DNA of 64,000 bases from Candidatus Aminicenantia bacterium (GTDB lineage: Bacteria; Acidobacteriota; Aminicenantia; Aminicenantales; Saccharicenantaceae): contig JBGOYY010000007.1 of the NCBI GenBank assembly GCA_041479905.1, positions 5,162 to 69,161 on the forward strand, written 5' to 3'. Made by a program: the position numbers and the translations under genes. The notes beneath the pieces are model-generated. The model searched no databases and was not told the DNA's origin. It was given only the letters and a program-made list of their open reading frames with translations. Of this stretch, positions 9,040 to 17,868 are shown piece after piece (position 1 is the first letter of the stretch; each line of letters begins with the position of its first letter).

Positions 9040-10353
9040 CTAGCGGTTTCTCGCCGGCTCGGCGGTCCACTCCGAGCCGTTCCAATAGCGGATGCCCTTG
9101 AGCAGGGCGTCCCCATAGACCTCGTCGAGAACGCTGGCGATCCTCCCGGCCTTGACCATTTCCTCGTGGCTAACTATGTAGCCATGGCCCCAACTGACCT
9201 GGACGCACTTGAGGTCGAAGCCGAACTCGTAATACAGGCCTGTAATGCCCGTGACCCGGATCCAATTGTTCTCGGTGATGCCGATATACCTGAGCCCGTC
9301 GACATGGTTGCCCATGGCCTCGGAGACATCGGTATAGGGCACGGTCGCGTAATAGAGTTCCGAGCCCGGCCCGAGGCCCTCGCAGGCGAATTCCCCGGTC
9401 TGGGGGGAGCTCCCGCTGATCTTGTCGGTGTCGAAAACGATCAGACATCCGCCGCGGTATTCGTTGGTGACGCCACAGACGATGAGCTCCTCCCGGCCGT
9501 CGCCGTTGATGTCGTGATACGTGAGGTCTCTCAAGTAGCCGGCGTTCCAGAACTCCCCGACCATCTTGCCGGAGGAATCCAGCACGGCCAGCTGGCACGG
9601 CCAATCGGGCGCCTGGAACGATTCGACGACGGTCTCCAACCGGCCGTCGCCGTCGAGGTCGTGGACATGAAAGCCGGCGATGCGGTAGTCCGGAGAAAAG
9701 ACCTTCCCTCCGCACACGAGCTCCTTCCCGGCGTGGAAGCTCCAAAGCTCTACGCCCTTGCGGTCATAGCAGTATATGAAACCCTCCCCCGTCTGGTCGC
9801 GGACCCTCTTCGGGGCGAAGAGGACCTCCGTGTCGCCGTCGCCGTTGATGTCCCGGATGACGAGGGAGGGGAGCATGTTCGCCTCGTCCTTGTGTATCAC
9901 CTGGAAGTTCCTGCGATAGAAGTCCTCCAGCAGGAGGTCTTCCATCTTGGTGTCCTTCCGCCAGAGCCCCCGCTTGTCCTTGTCGCGGACGATGAGCGTG
10001 GACCCGTCGATCGAGAAATCGGCGGGCTGGCGCCGGACCCGGCTCGCCTTGACGATGAAGAACGCCCCGGCTAGAAGCACGACGGCCGCTGCGCCCGCGG
10101 CCCAGATCAGGTAGCGCCGGCCGAGCTTGGCCTTCACCCTCGCGGAGCGCGAATTCTTGAACGTGTGCTGGAACCAGCGGTCGAGCTCGTCCTTGTAGGC
10201 GAAGACGTGCGACTTCGCCTCTCCCCCCTCGGCCCGGTGGACGGGCATGCCGTGCTGCTTCTCCCAGCGGTAGCAGGTCCGGACGTCACACCCAAGATAG
10301 GCGGCGATGTCCTTCCAGGAGCGGAGAAGGTTGTCCTTCGATATCTCGAGCAT
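9040..10353 (-). CDS. membrane-tethered protein: N-terminal HTH, one TM helix, extracytoplasmic FG-GAP/VCBS-like repeats
   Basis: N-terminal excisionase/MerR-like HTH (SWKDIAAYLGCDVRTCYRWEKQHGMPVHR). TM helix (YLIWAAGAAAVVLLAGAFFIV). Three Ca-binding-like repeats (DINGDGDTEV, DLDGDGRLET, DINGDGREEL). Confidence 0.6.
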   Translation of the reverse strand: MLEISKDNLLRSWKDIAAYLGCDVRTCYRWEKQHGMPVHRAEGGEAKSHVFAYKDELDRWFQHTFKNSRSARVKAKLGRRYLIWAAGAAAVVLLAGAFFIVKASRVRRQPADFSIDGSTLIVRDKDKRGLWRKDTKMEDLLLEDFYRRNFQVIHKDEANMLPSLVIRDINGDGDTEVLFAPKRVRDQTGEGFIYCYDRKGVELWSFHAGKELVCGGKVFSPDYRIAGFHVHDLDGDGRLETVVESFQAPDWPCQLAVLDSSGKMVGEFWNAGYLRDLTYHDINGDGREELIVCGVTNEYRGGCLIVFDTDKISGSSPQTGEFACEGLGPGSELYYATVPYTDVSEAMGNHVDGLRYIGITENNWIRVTGITGLYYEFGFDLKCVQVSWGHGYIVSHEEMVKAGRIASVLDEVYGDALLKGIRYWNGSEWTAEPARNR

Positions 10354-10748
10354 GGCTTCACCGGGAATTTCTTATTATATGAAATTGCCCCAATCATTCA
10401 AGGCGAGGCCAGCGCGGCGCCGGCCATCCCTCCCCCGTTTTAAGCGAATATTATCGGGGACACCGGCAAGCCGTTCCCGCCCCCTAGCCGCCCCACCCTG
10501 AGGCTTGTAGAAAAGCCGGGGAACGGCCTGGGAGTCGAGCCTACAAGGCTCACCAACAGGGAGAAGACGCCGCTGCGGCCAAAGAGAATAGCGGGGATGG
10601 CGATGGGGTCGATGTTGGTTCGGGGTTTGGGAAGACAGGGATGTTCACGCATTTTTCCTGATTGACCAGAGCCACGCGTCCTTGCTGGGAGAGTAACGAG
10701 GAGAGTCCCCGGGAGGCCAACGAGAGCGAGGGCCGGGGGTCAAACCTA

Positions 10749-10779
10749 CCTGGTTCTCTTCCATCTTGTGTGGGTTGAC
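10749..10779. repeat. left terminal inverted repeat of the ISL3 element
   Basis: CCTGGTTCTCTTCCATCTTGTGTGGGTTGAC matches the reverse complement of 12049-12079 at 25/31 positions (hand count). The core TGGTTCTCTTCCAT (14 nt) is perfect. Confidence 0.75.
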
Positions 10780-10848
10780 GTGATTTAAAAAGGCCTGGCG
10801 GCCGTGATAAGATTCGAGGCGTACCCCACTTTGAAAGGATACGCCTTG

Positions 10849-12063
10849 ATGGACGAACTCGGTTTGTTTACTCTGGCCCTCGGACTTTCCAAACCCTGGC
10901 AGGTCGTTGATCTCAAGTTCTCCAAGGAGGACGGTCGGCTCGACCTCTGGCTCGACTTCGTCAAGGGATCCAAGTTCCCCTGTTCCTGCGGGAAAACCGC
11001 TGAAGCGGACGTCCACGACACCCTGGAGCGGACTTGGCGGCATCTCAACTTCTTTCAGTACGAGACGTATCTCCATGCCCGAGTGCCACGGATCCAGTGC
11101 GGCTCCTGTGGGGTGAAGCAAGTTGAAGTGCCGTGGGCCCGGCCCGGCAGCGGATTTACGCTGCTGTTCGAGCTTCTGGCCCTGTCGCTGAGCCGGGAGA
11201 TGTCGGTGGCCGCGGTCGCGGAGATGACGGCGGTGCATGCCAATCGGCTGTGGCGGATCCTGGACCATTATGTCGAACGGGCCCGCCGGTCGGTCGACCT
11301 GAACGGCTTCCATCAACTGGGAATCGACGAGTTCTCGCTCTGCAAGGGTCACGTCTACATGACCTCGTTCGCGAATCTCGAAGCCTCTCGAATCGTTTTC
11401 CTGGGGGAAGGGCGGAAAAGGGGCGTGATCGAGACCTTTACCCAAGATCTCGAGTCGCGGGGTGTTGATCCGGACCAGATCGAGGTCATCTGCTGCGATA
11501 TGTGGGATCCTTATCTGAGCGGGATCGGGAAGTTCTTGAAGAAGGCCCGGGTCGTTTTCGACCGCTTCCACGTCATGAATCAGCTCAACAAGGCGATCGA
11601 ACGGGTCCGTTGGGAGGAGCACCGGGAGGACAAGGCTCTGACGAGGAGCCGGTTCCTGTGGTTGAAGAACCCGAAGAACCTGACGGCCGAACAGGAAGCC
11701 CGGCTTCAGGCGCTGAAGAGGTCGGACCTGCGGACGGCGCGGGCTTATCAGATCAAGCCGGCGTTGGCGCGCTTTTGGGAGATCGCCGATCCGGCGGAAG
11801 CAATATCCTACCTGAAACGCTGGTACTTTTGGGCGACGCACAGCCGGCTTCAGCCCGTGATCCACGCGGCCCGGACGATCAAAAACTATTGGCAGGGTGT
11901 CGTCAACTTCCTCGACGCCCGGGTGATGAACGGGATGGGGGAAGGCTTGAACTCAAAGATCAAGACGGCTATGAAGCGAGCCTACGGGTTCAAACAAGTC
12001 GGTTATCTCCGGACCATCATTTATCTCGTCACCGGACGATTAACCTTCGGCTACCCACAGTAA
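10849..12063 (+). CDS. ISL3-family transposase
   Basis: N-terminal zinc-finger region (CSCGK...RVPRIQCGSCG) and a DDE region (GIDEFSLCKGHVYMTSFANLE, DMWDPY, NGMGEGLNSKIK). ATG at 10849 preferred over the track's GTG at 10804. The 406-aa antisense ORF is a shadow ORF. Confidence 0.85.
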   Translation: MDELGLFTLALGLSKPWQVVDLKFSKEDGRLDLWLDFVKGSKFPCSCGKTAEADVHDTLERTWRHLNFFQYETYLHARVPRIQCGSCGVKQVEVPWARPGSGFTLLFELLALSLSREMSVAAVAEMTAVHANRLWRILDHYVERARRSVDLNGFHQLGIDEFSLCKGHVYMTSFANLEASRIVFLGEGRKRGVIETFTQDLESRGVDPDQIEVICCDMWDPYLSGIGKFLKKARVVFDRFHVMNQLNKAIERVRWEEHREDKALTRSRFLWLKNPKNLTAEQEARLQALKRSDLRTARAYQIKPALARFWEIADPAEAISYLKRWYFWATHSRLQPVIHAARTIKNYWQGVVNFLDARVMNGMGEGLNSKIKTAMKRAYGFKQVGYLRTIIYLVTGRLTFGYPQ

Positions 12064-12079
12064 ATGGAAGAGAACCAAG
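12049..12079. repeat. right terminal inverted repeat of the ISL3 element
   Basis: GGCTACCCACAGTAAATGGAAGAGAACCAAG is the reverse-complement partner of 10749-10779. It overlaps the transposase stop codon. Confidence 0.75.
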
Positions 12080-12245
12080 TAAATATTATCGGTTTCTTAG
12101 GTTATTGTCGCAAGATTGCTAAACACCACTATCCACTCATGCAAAAAAGGAGTATAAAAAATTCAACAATGAGAAATATTGAGCTCTATTTCCATCTATA
12201 TTATTACAATAGTTAATCAAGCTACAGCTTACGGCGTATTTTCCA

Positions 12246-12791
12246 ATGGATTCAATCAATAGTAAAGAGAAAGAATTCAAAGATATTATAGATAATTTCG
12301 CACAATTTATCAGAATCCAAGTCCATAAATATAATCTCTATAGATATGGCCTGGATCCGGAAGACATTATGCAAGATGTTAAGATTAGGATTTGGAAACT
12401 CATCCGTGATGAGAAAATCATCTCCAATTACGCGTCCTATATTAAGAAGATTGTGAATTCTTCCGTTATCGATCAACTCCGCAAATACCGCCGTGAAGAA
12501 GATCTTTTCAAACACGAAAAGCGAATGCGTATCTCAGAAATGGAACTGGTCTATAGTAAAGAAGCTATCCGTAAGAAATATTTAGAAGAAATTGTTGGCA
12601 AGGCCGTAGAAATGCTAATTGATTCAAGACGTCAGGTAATAAAACTCTATCTATTAAACTTAAGCATTCAAGAGATAGCTGGCTATTTAAATTGGAGTCA
12701 AGACAAAACGAGGAATCTACTTTATCGGGGCCTGGCTGATTTGAAAGATCTTCTAATAGACAAGGACGCTAAGCATGAAGACAGAATATGA
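12246..12791 (+). CDS. ECF-type sigma-70 family RNA polymerase sigma factor
   Basis: Region 2 (DPEDIMQDVKIRIWK) and region 4 HTH (LSIQEIAGYLNWSQDKTRNLLYRGLADLK). About 180 aa. Lies in the AT-rich island. Confidence 0.75.
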   Translation: MDSINSKEKEFKDIIDNFAQFIRIQVHKYNLYRYGLDPEDIMQDVKIRIWKLIRDEKIISNYASYIKKIVNSSVIDQLRKYRREEDLFKHEKRMRISEMELVYSKEAIRKKYLEEIVGKAVEMLIDSRRQVIKLYLLNLSIQEIAGYLNWSQDKTRNLLYRGLADLKDLLIDKDAKHEDRI

Positions 12792-13476
12792 TGACCTAAA
12801 GAAGCTTTATCAAGGATACATCACTTCGAAGATCCCGGGCAATCGGAATAAATGCCCTTCTCCCATGGCCTTATTTACTTCCTTCAAGTCTTCAACATCC
12901 CTTCGAAACAAGAAGAAGATTATTGGTCATATAACGGATTGTTCATTTTGCAGAGAAGAGTTTGATCTGTTGCTAGAGCTTCAAAGATATCAGGCTTCCT
13001 CAATTACAGTAACTAACGAGACTTCTTCAACGGCCTCTTCAGCTGATAAGCTGGAGGCCGGAAACATCGGTAGACGCCTTATCTGGAGATATGCTTACTT
13101 TCTTTTTGGTCTCGCGCTTATTATTTCCGCTTATTATCTAATCGTACAAAAAAACGATCTTGCAGAGGTCAAGCGCGCGAGTGAACTAGGAATCTTATTA
13201 ATTTCCCCTATGCATGTGCATACTCTCCCGAAACCCTTGCTGTTTCAGTGGCAAGATCAATCTGCTTCTCAGTATTATATTCTTGAACTTTTTGATAATT
13301 CTCTACTCCCAGTTTGGACTAGCCAGAAAATACTTGATGTGCAAATTCAGCTTCCTGATGAGGTATTATCGCGCCTTCATTCTGGCAACTACTATTTCTG
13401 GATGATCACGGCCTTTTCCAGCATCCAGAAAATATCGGAATCCGAACTAATGTGCTTCTTGGTTCTTAATAAATAA
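12775..13476 (+). CDS. putative zinc-binding (ZAS-type) anti-sigma factor with one TM helix
   Basis: Overlaps the sigma gene by 17 nt. H-x3-C-x2-C motif HITDCSFC (nt 12928-12951). TM helix (WRYAYFLFGLALIISAYYLIV), then a ~100-aa C-terminal domain. Confidence 0.6.
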   Translation: MKTEYDDLKKLYQGYITSKIPGNRNKCPSPMALFTSFKSSTSLRNKKKIIGHITDCSFCREEFDLLLELQRYQASSITVTNETSSTASSADKLEAGNIGRRLIWRYAYFLFGLALIISAYYLIVQKNDLAEVKRASELGILLISPMHVHTLPKPLLFQWQDQSASQYYILELFDNSLLPVWTSQKILDVQIQLPDEVLSRLHSGNYYFWMITAFSSIQKISESELMCFLVLNK

Positions 13477-13490
13477 AAAGTCTCTTCCCC

Positions 13491-16370
13491 TCACCTACTC
13501 ATGCTGACTACAGCCGGATCACCATTCAGAATAAAGCCAGCCCAATAAAACGGATGCGACCAGGCAGAATTAAGCATCCTAATTTTTGTTAATTGGAGGG
13601 CTTTCCCAGAAGCGTACCCTTCGACAATATTTCGATAAAATTCCTTCATAAAGAAAACGGTTGTTTTGTCATTGATAGACCATAGAGAAGCAATCACAGA
13701 ACGCGCTCCCGCATAGAAAAATGGCCGCGCCAGCCCCATCGGTCCTTCTGCTCTTTCCAATATCCCATTGCCTGTCTGACAGGCAGACAATACGACTAGA
13801 TCAGCATCCATAGTAAGGCCATATATTTCTCTCATCTGAAGGTATCCATCATCCTCTTGTTGGGCATTTAAGGACAGAACTAACGCGGATCGAAGAGGAA
13901 TTCTCTCATCTAATAATCCATGGCAAGCAAAATGAATAAGCCGATACTCAATTAGAGGAAGCTTCTTTATGGCCTCTTCGCTGGCTTTTTCTCCGACCAG
14001 AATAGTTCTATCGCTTTTAGCGAAGAGCTTTCCAATCTCTAATACTTCCCTTTTGCTGAATGGAAGCGAGGAAAACCTGAATCCCGGATAATTATACAAC
14101 TGGCTAAGTACATCTTTCTTTGTTATCTCATGTTCACTTGTCGGGGGGATTCCATAATTAGGTCCGCCTACGGCTAATAGCGCCCTTTGCCTCACGTTGC
14201 TTTTCTTTTGCTGTTTTAGAACAAATAAGGATGATGCTGATGGACAATAAGAAATTACTAACTTTTCAACCAAATAACCAGAACCGTGGCCAATACTCGC
14301 TTTTAACGTCTCAAATGGAAGATAGTAGAGAATTCCGTCCGGTATGACAATTAGGGCCTTAGCAGCCTCTAGTAATCCTCCTTTCTCAAGAGGGATCAGT
14401 TCGTTGCCAATTCTTTTTGCTGCCTCAACCCCAACCCTTTTGTCGTTAGAACGAAACGATAATAATTTTATATAGGCCCGGAGGGTTTTTTCTAAGTCAT
14501 CCCTCCCTGCCAAAAAGTATAATTTCGCAGTTTTTCGAGTAATAATAATTAGGTAAGATTCTTTCTCTTCAATAAAATACTCCAATACTACGGTTTGGTC
14601 ATCGATGATTTGATTTTGTATTTGTGAGATACTGTAAACTTCCTTAGTAATTTTTAGGCCCTTATTGCGCGCTTCAGTTTTCGTTTCGGAGACGAGGCAG
14701 ATGTATTTTTCTTCTTCGCTTTCCAATTCAATATTAATTTGCTTTTTTGACTCGGCAGACAGGTCATAGCTTATCAATTTTCCATATAACAAAGATATGT
14801 TCTTAGAGATTTTCTGCTGCCGTTCATTGAAACTAGTATTAGTTCCCTTATTGCCATCTTCCCATGTTTCTCTAATGTTCTCTAAAAAAGCGCGCGCCTT
14901 GGCTCTCTCTATGAAATTGAATATTTCTTCGAGGGACGCCATGTGCGGATTAGCAGAATGTAGGCTAACCAGGATTTTTATAATTCTCTGATAAGCATGC
15001 ATTTTATTGCGCGCAAACCCTATCTTAAAGAATTCAGATGGAATTCGATCCCCAACATTCTCCATTGCTTCAATAGATCTCTTGTAAAATGAGATAGAAG
15101 AAGAATATTCTCCTTTTATCTCGTAGCATTGGCCAAGACCCAAGCACGATTCCATCAAGATGTTTTCAAGCGAATGCTCGGATCCTATCTCAAGTGCTTT
15201 GCTGTAATATTCAATTGCATCATCAATTTTATTTTCATAAACAAAAGATGTGGCAATATTATTAATAATCTGGCATTTTTCACTCAGATAATTGCCTTTT
15301 TCGACAATCTTCATGGCCGAAGAAAAATTGCCCCTAGCATTTGGATAATCTTTCAATTCGCTCTGAATAATCCCGATATTATTGAGTGCCGTAATTTTAA
15401 TAAGCGAGTTTGTTTCCTCTATTCCACGTAATGAGAGGCAGCTACGGAACACGTCCAGTGCTTGGAGCAGGTCATGCGTATTTTGACCATCAATGCCCTT
15501 GCGCAAGTAAACGGAGCCGATATTATCCATATCTTTTGAAATTGAATCAATATCACCAACTTTTTTATCAAGTTCCAAAGCGCTTGATAAATACTGTTGC
15601 GCTTTTGTTAGGTTCCCTAGGTCTCGATATAGAATCCCGATATTACTCAAGCATTCAGCCTCTGTCGGCTGATCACCCATTGCTTTAATAAAGGATAATG
15701 CATTTCCATAATAAATAAATGCGAGTGAATAATCATTTTGTTTTTGGTAGTAAACTCCGATATTATTTAATAATCTGCCTTTTTCTATTTTGTGATTAAT
15801 CCTATTAGAAATCTCCAGTCCCTTTTTATTGCTCTCCAGAAAAAGATTGAGCCTGCCCATCTGCCAATAGGTTTCTCCCATTTGACGCAAGCATTTAAGC
15901 TCAAAATCTGGGAATCCCGTCTCTCTTCCCAAGAAAATCGCTTGTTCAAATTTCTCCAGAGAAAGGTAATTCGCGTTTGTATCTCGAGTTGCCTTGCCCT
16001 GATTATAAAGTTGGATTATCTTGAGGCATTTTAAGCAATATTCTTCAGCTCGTCGATCATTGGCATTCATAAAGGCAGTTCGCGCTTCATTGAAATATTC
16101 GAATGATTCGGCGATATGGCCGAGATTCCATTTATTAATAGCCAGTCGAAGAAGGCATTTACTTTGACCATAAGAAAAATTGAGTTGGCGAGATATTGAG
16201 AGGGCTTTTAATAAGGCCACGGAAGCTTGTTCGAACTCTCCCTGAGAACCGAAGGAAACCGCGCTTTGAAATGACCGTTGAAACAATAAATAATTCTGCT
16301 TGGATCCCGCCACCCGATATTCAGTTTGAAACAGGAGAAACCATAACGAAAAGACAATTGATAAACTCAA
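13491..16370 (-). CDS. TPR-repeat / CHAT-domain (caspase-like) protease, 959 aa
   Basis: Long N-terminal TPR-like region (repeated A..Y...G.Y..A...Y..AL patterns). C-terminal CHAT domain with the dyad intact: FACHG (His codon 13920-13922) and LSACQTG (Cys codon 13779-13781). TTG start with GGAGGG RBS. Hydrophobic N-terminus (SLSIVFSLWFLLF). Confidence 0.8.
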   Translation of the reverse strand: MSLSIVFSLWFLLFQTEYRVAGSKQNYLLFQRSFQSAVSFGSQGEFEQASVALLKALSISRQLNFSYGQSKCLLRLAINKWNLGHIAESFEYFNEARTAFMNANDRRAEEYCLKCLKIIQLYNQGKATRDTNANYLSLEKFEQAIFLGRETGFPDFELKCLRQMGETYWQMGRLNLFLESNKKGLEISNRINHKIEKGRLLNNIGVYYQKQNDYSLAFIYYGNALSFIKAMGDQPTEAECLSNIGILYRDLGNLTKAQQYLSSALELDKKVGDIDSISKDMDNIGSVYLRKGIDGQNTHDLLQALDVFRSCLSLRGIEETNSLIKITALNNIGIIQSELKDYPNARGNFSSAMKIVEKGNYLSEKCQIINNIATSFVYENKIDDAIEYYSKALEIGSEHSLENILMESCLGLGQCYEIKGEYSSSISFYKRSIEAMENVGDRIPSEFFKIGFARNKMHAYQRIIKILVSLHSANPHMASLEEIFNFIERAKARAFLENIRETWEDGNKGTNTSFNERQQKISKNISLLYGKLISYDLSAESKKQINIELESEEEKYICLVSETKTEARNKGLKITKEVYSISQIQNQIIDDQTVVLEYFIEEKESYLIIITRKTAKLYFLAGRDDLEKTLRAYIKLLSFRSNDKRVGVEAAKRIGNELIPLEKGGLLEAAKALIVIPDGILYYLPFETLKASIGHGSGYLVEKLVISYCPSASSLFVLKQQKKSNVRQRALLAVGGPNYGIPPTSEHEITKKDVLSQLYNYPGFRFSSLPFSKREVLEIGKLFAKSDRTILVGEKASEEAIKKLPLIEYRLIHFACHGLLDERIPLRSALVLSLNAQQEDDGYLQMREIYGLTMDADLVVLSACQTGNGILERAEGPMGLARPFFYAGARSVIASLWSINDKTTVFFMKEFYRNIVEGYASGKALQLTKIRMLNSAWSHPFYWAGFILNGDPAVVSMSR

Positions 16371-16561
16371 ATCTTTTATCCCTCCTCGACCCGAGGAATC
16401 TGACCGCCTTTAATTTAATTATATGCGGCCACTGAAATGGAGTCAACAATGGATCCCGGGGCTTGCATGCACGATGTTAGAACCATCGCCTTGTCCCCCT
16501 TCCATTGCCTTTTCCCCCTCCCCCCTTTATACTTCTCCCATCCCAATCCCCAGGAGGCAGC

Positions 16562-17794
16562 ATGGCAAAAGACGACATTATGACCCTTACAGGAGAAAAG
16601 GACGCTTGTCCGTCGGATAAATTCTCACGCCGGAAGTTCTTCGCCTCCGCGGCCATGGTCGCGGCCGGGGCGGCCCTGGCCCCGCGCCTGATCCCCCAGG
16701 AAAAGGTCCAGGAGGAGAAGCCCACGCCTCCCCCGCCGGCGGAGATCAAGACCAATATCGACGAGGTCCGCAAGATCCCCAGGGTCGAGGGCTCGCTTCC
16801 CGGGAAATACCCCGGGAAGGTGGTCAGGGTCAAGACCGGGGCCAATCCCGTCGGGCAGAAGATCGACGGGGCCCGGGTGCGGAAGGAAATGAGCGCCGGC
16901 ATGGCCGAGCTCACCGGGGAAAAGAACCTGGGCAAGGCCTGGGGGAAGTTCGTCGGGCCGAAGGACGTCGTCGGCATCAAGGTCAACCCCATCGGGGAGG
17001 CCATCCTCTCGACCAAGCCCGAGGTCGTGGACGCCATTATCGAGGGGCTCCTCGCCGCGGGCGTCCTGAAGGCGAACATCGTCATCTGGGACAGGCGGCT
17101 CTTCGAGCTCGAGGCGGCCGGGTTCACGGCCGCACGCTTCCCCGGGGTCCGCATCCTGGGCACGGAGTTGAAAGGCCCCAACGGGGAATTCTACGACGAC
17201 AAGGGCGAGCTCTGGGCCAAGGACAACATCGACCGCGAGGCCCTGCCCTACGTCGCCGACGTCGAGCAGAAGTACGACAAGGAGACCCTGGGCTACATGA
17301 TCAACGAGGGCAAGAGCTCCTATTTCACGAAGATCGTCACGGGGACGGTGACCAAGATCGTCAACGTCCCCATCCTCAAGAACGCCGGGGCGACCGCCAC
17401 CTGCTGTCTCAAGAACCTGTCCTACGGCTCGCTCAGCAACACCGGGCGCCTGCATAAGCTCTGGATGAAGTCGGTGGCCGAGCCGTGCGCCTTCCCGGTC
17501 CTGCGGGACAAGGTCGTCCTCAACATCGTCGACGGGCTCCAGGCCTGCTACGACGGCGGCCCCGGGGCTAACCCCAAGTTCATCTACGACGCGTCGGTCC
17601 TCCTCTTCGGGACGGACCCGGTGGCCGTGGACGCCGTGGCCCATGACATCATCGTCAAGGAGCGGATGGCCCGGGGGACCCAGCAGGTCGACGCCCGCGC
17701 CAAGAGCGCCGCCTTCCTGGACATCGCCGAGGGACTGGGGCTGGGTGTGGCGGCGTGGGAGAAGATCAAGATTTCGGACGTGAAGCTGGGGTGA
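16562..17794 (+). CDS. Tat-signal DUF362-like protein
   Basis: AGGAGG RBS before the ATG at 16562. Twin-arginine signal SRRKFFASAAMVAAGAALAP. VGIKVNP and LKNLSYGS blocks resemble DUF362. The family call is from memory only. Confidence 0.55.
   Translation: MAKDDIMTLTGEKDACPSDKFSRRKFFASAAMVAAGAALAPRLIPQEKVQEEKPTPPPPAEIKTNIDEVRKIPRVEGSLPGKYPGKVVRVKTGANPVGQKIDGARVRKEMSAGMAELTGEKNLGKAWGKFVGPKDVVGIKVNPIGEAILSTKPEVVDAIIEGLLAAGVLKANIVIWDRRLFELEAAGFTAARFPGVRILGTELKGPNGEFYDDKGELWAKDNIDREALPYVADVEQKYDKETLGYMINEGKSSYFTKIVTGTVTKIVNVPILKNAGATATCCLKNLSYGSLSNTGRLHKLWMKSVAEPCAFPVLRDKVVLNIVDGLQACYDGGPGANPKFIYDASVLLFGTDPVAVDAVAHDIIVKERMARGTQQVDARAKSAAFLDIAEGLGLGVAAWEKIKISDVKLG
17711..17748. repeat. 38-nt direct repeat, copy 1 (inside the 3' end of the DUF362-like gene)
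   Basis: GCCTTCCTGGACATCGCCGAGGGACTGGGGCTGGGTGT. It recurs at 19039-19076 with one mismatch. Confidence 0.85.
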
Positions 17795-17868
17795 GGACAC
17801 GGCAAGCGGGGTGAAGCCTCGCCGTGCAGACGAGGCTGATGTCATGTCCTCGATCCGGATGGAACCTA

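Larger units (their letters stand above)
10749..12079 (+). mobile_element. ISL3-family insertion sequence (~1.33 kb)
   Basis: A single transposase gene bounded by 31-nt imperfect terminal inverted repeats. No direct target duplication is visible at either candidate boundary. Confidence 0.8.

Noticed and set aside
10447-10457. 11-mer AATATTATCGG also present at 12082-12092, right after the IS right end; considered as a target duplication or island att site
   Set aside because: The left copy is about 290 nt away from the IS left end rather than adjacent. It is short and AT-rich, so a chance match cannot be excluded without genome-wide statistics.
10645-11865. 406-aa minus-strand ORF inside the IS element
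   Set aside because: It is antisense to the ISL3 transposase, which has zinc-finger and DDE blocks. ISL3 elements encode a single transposase.
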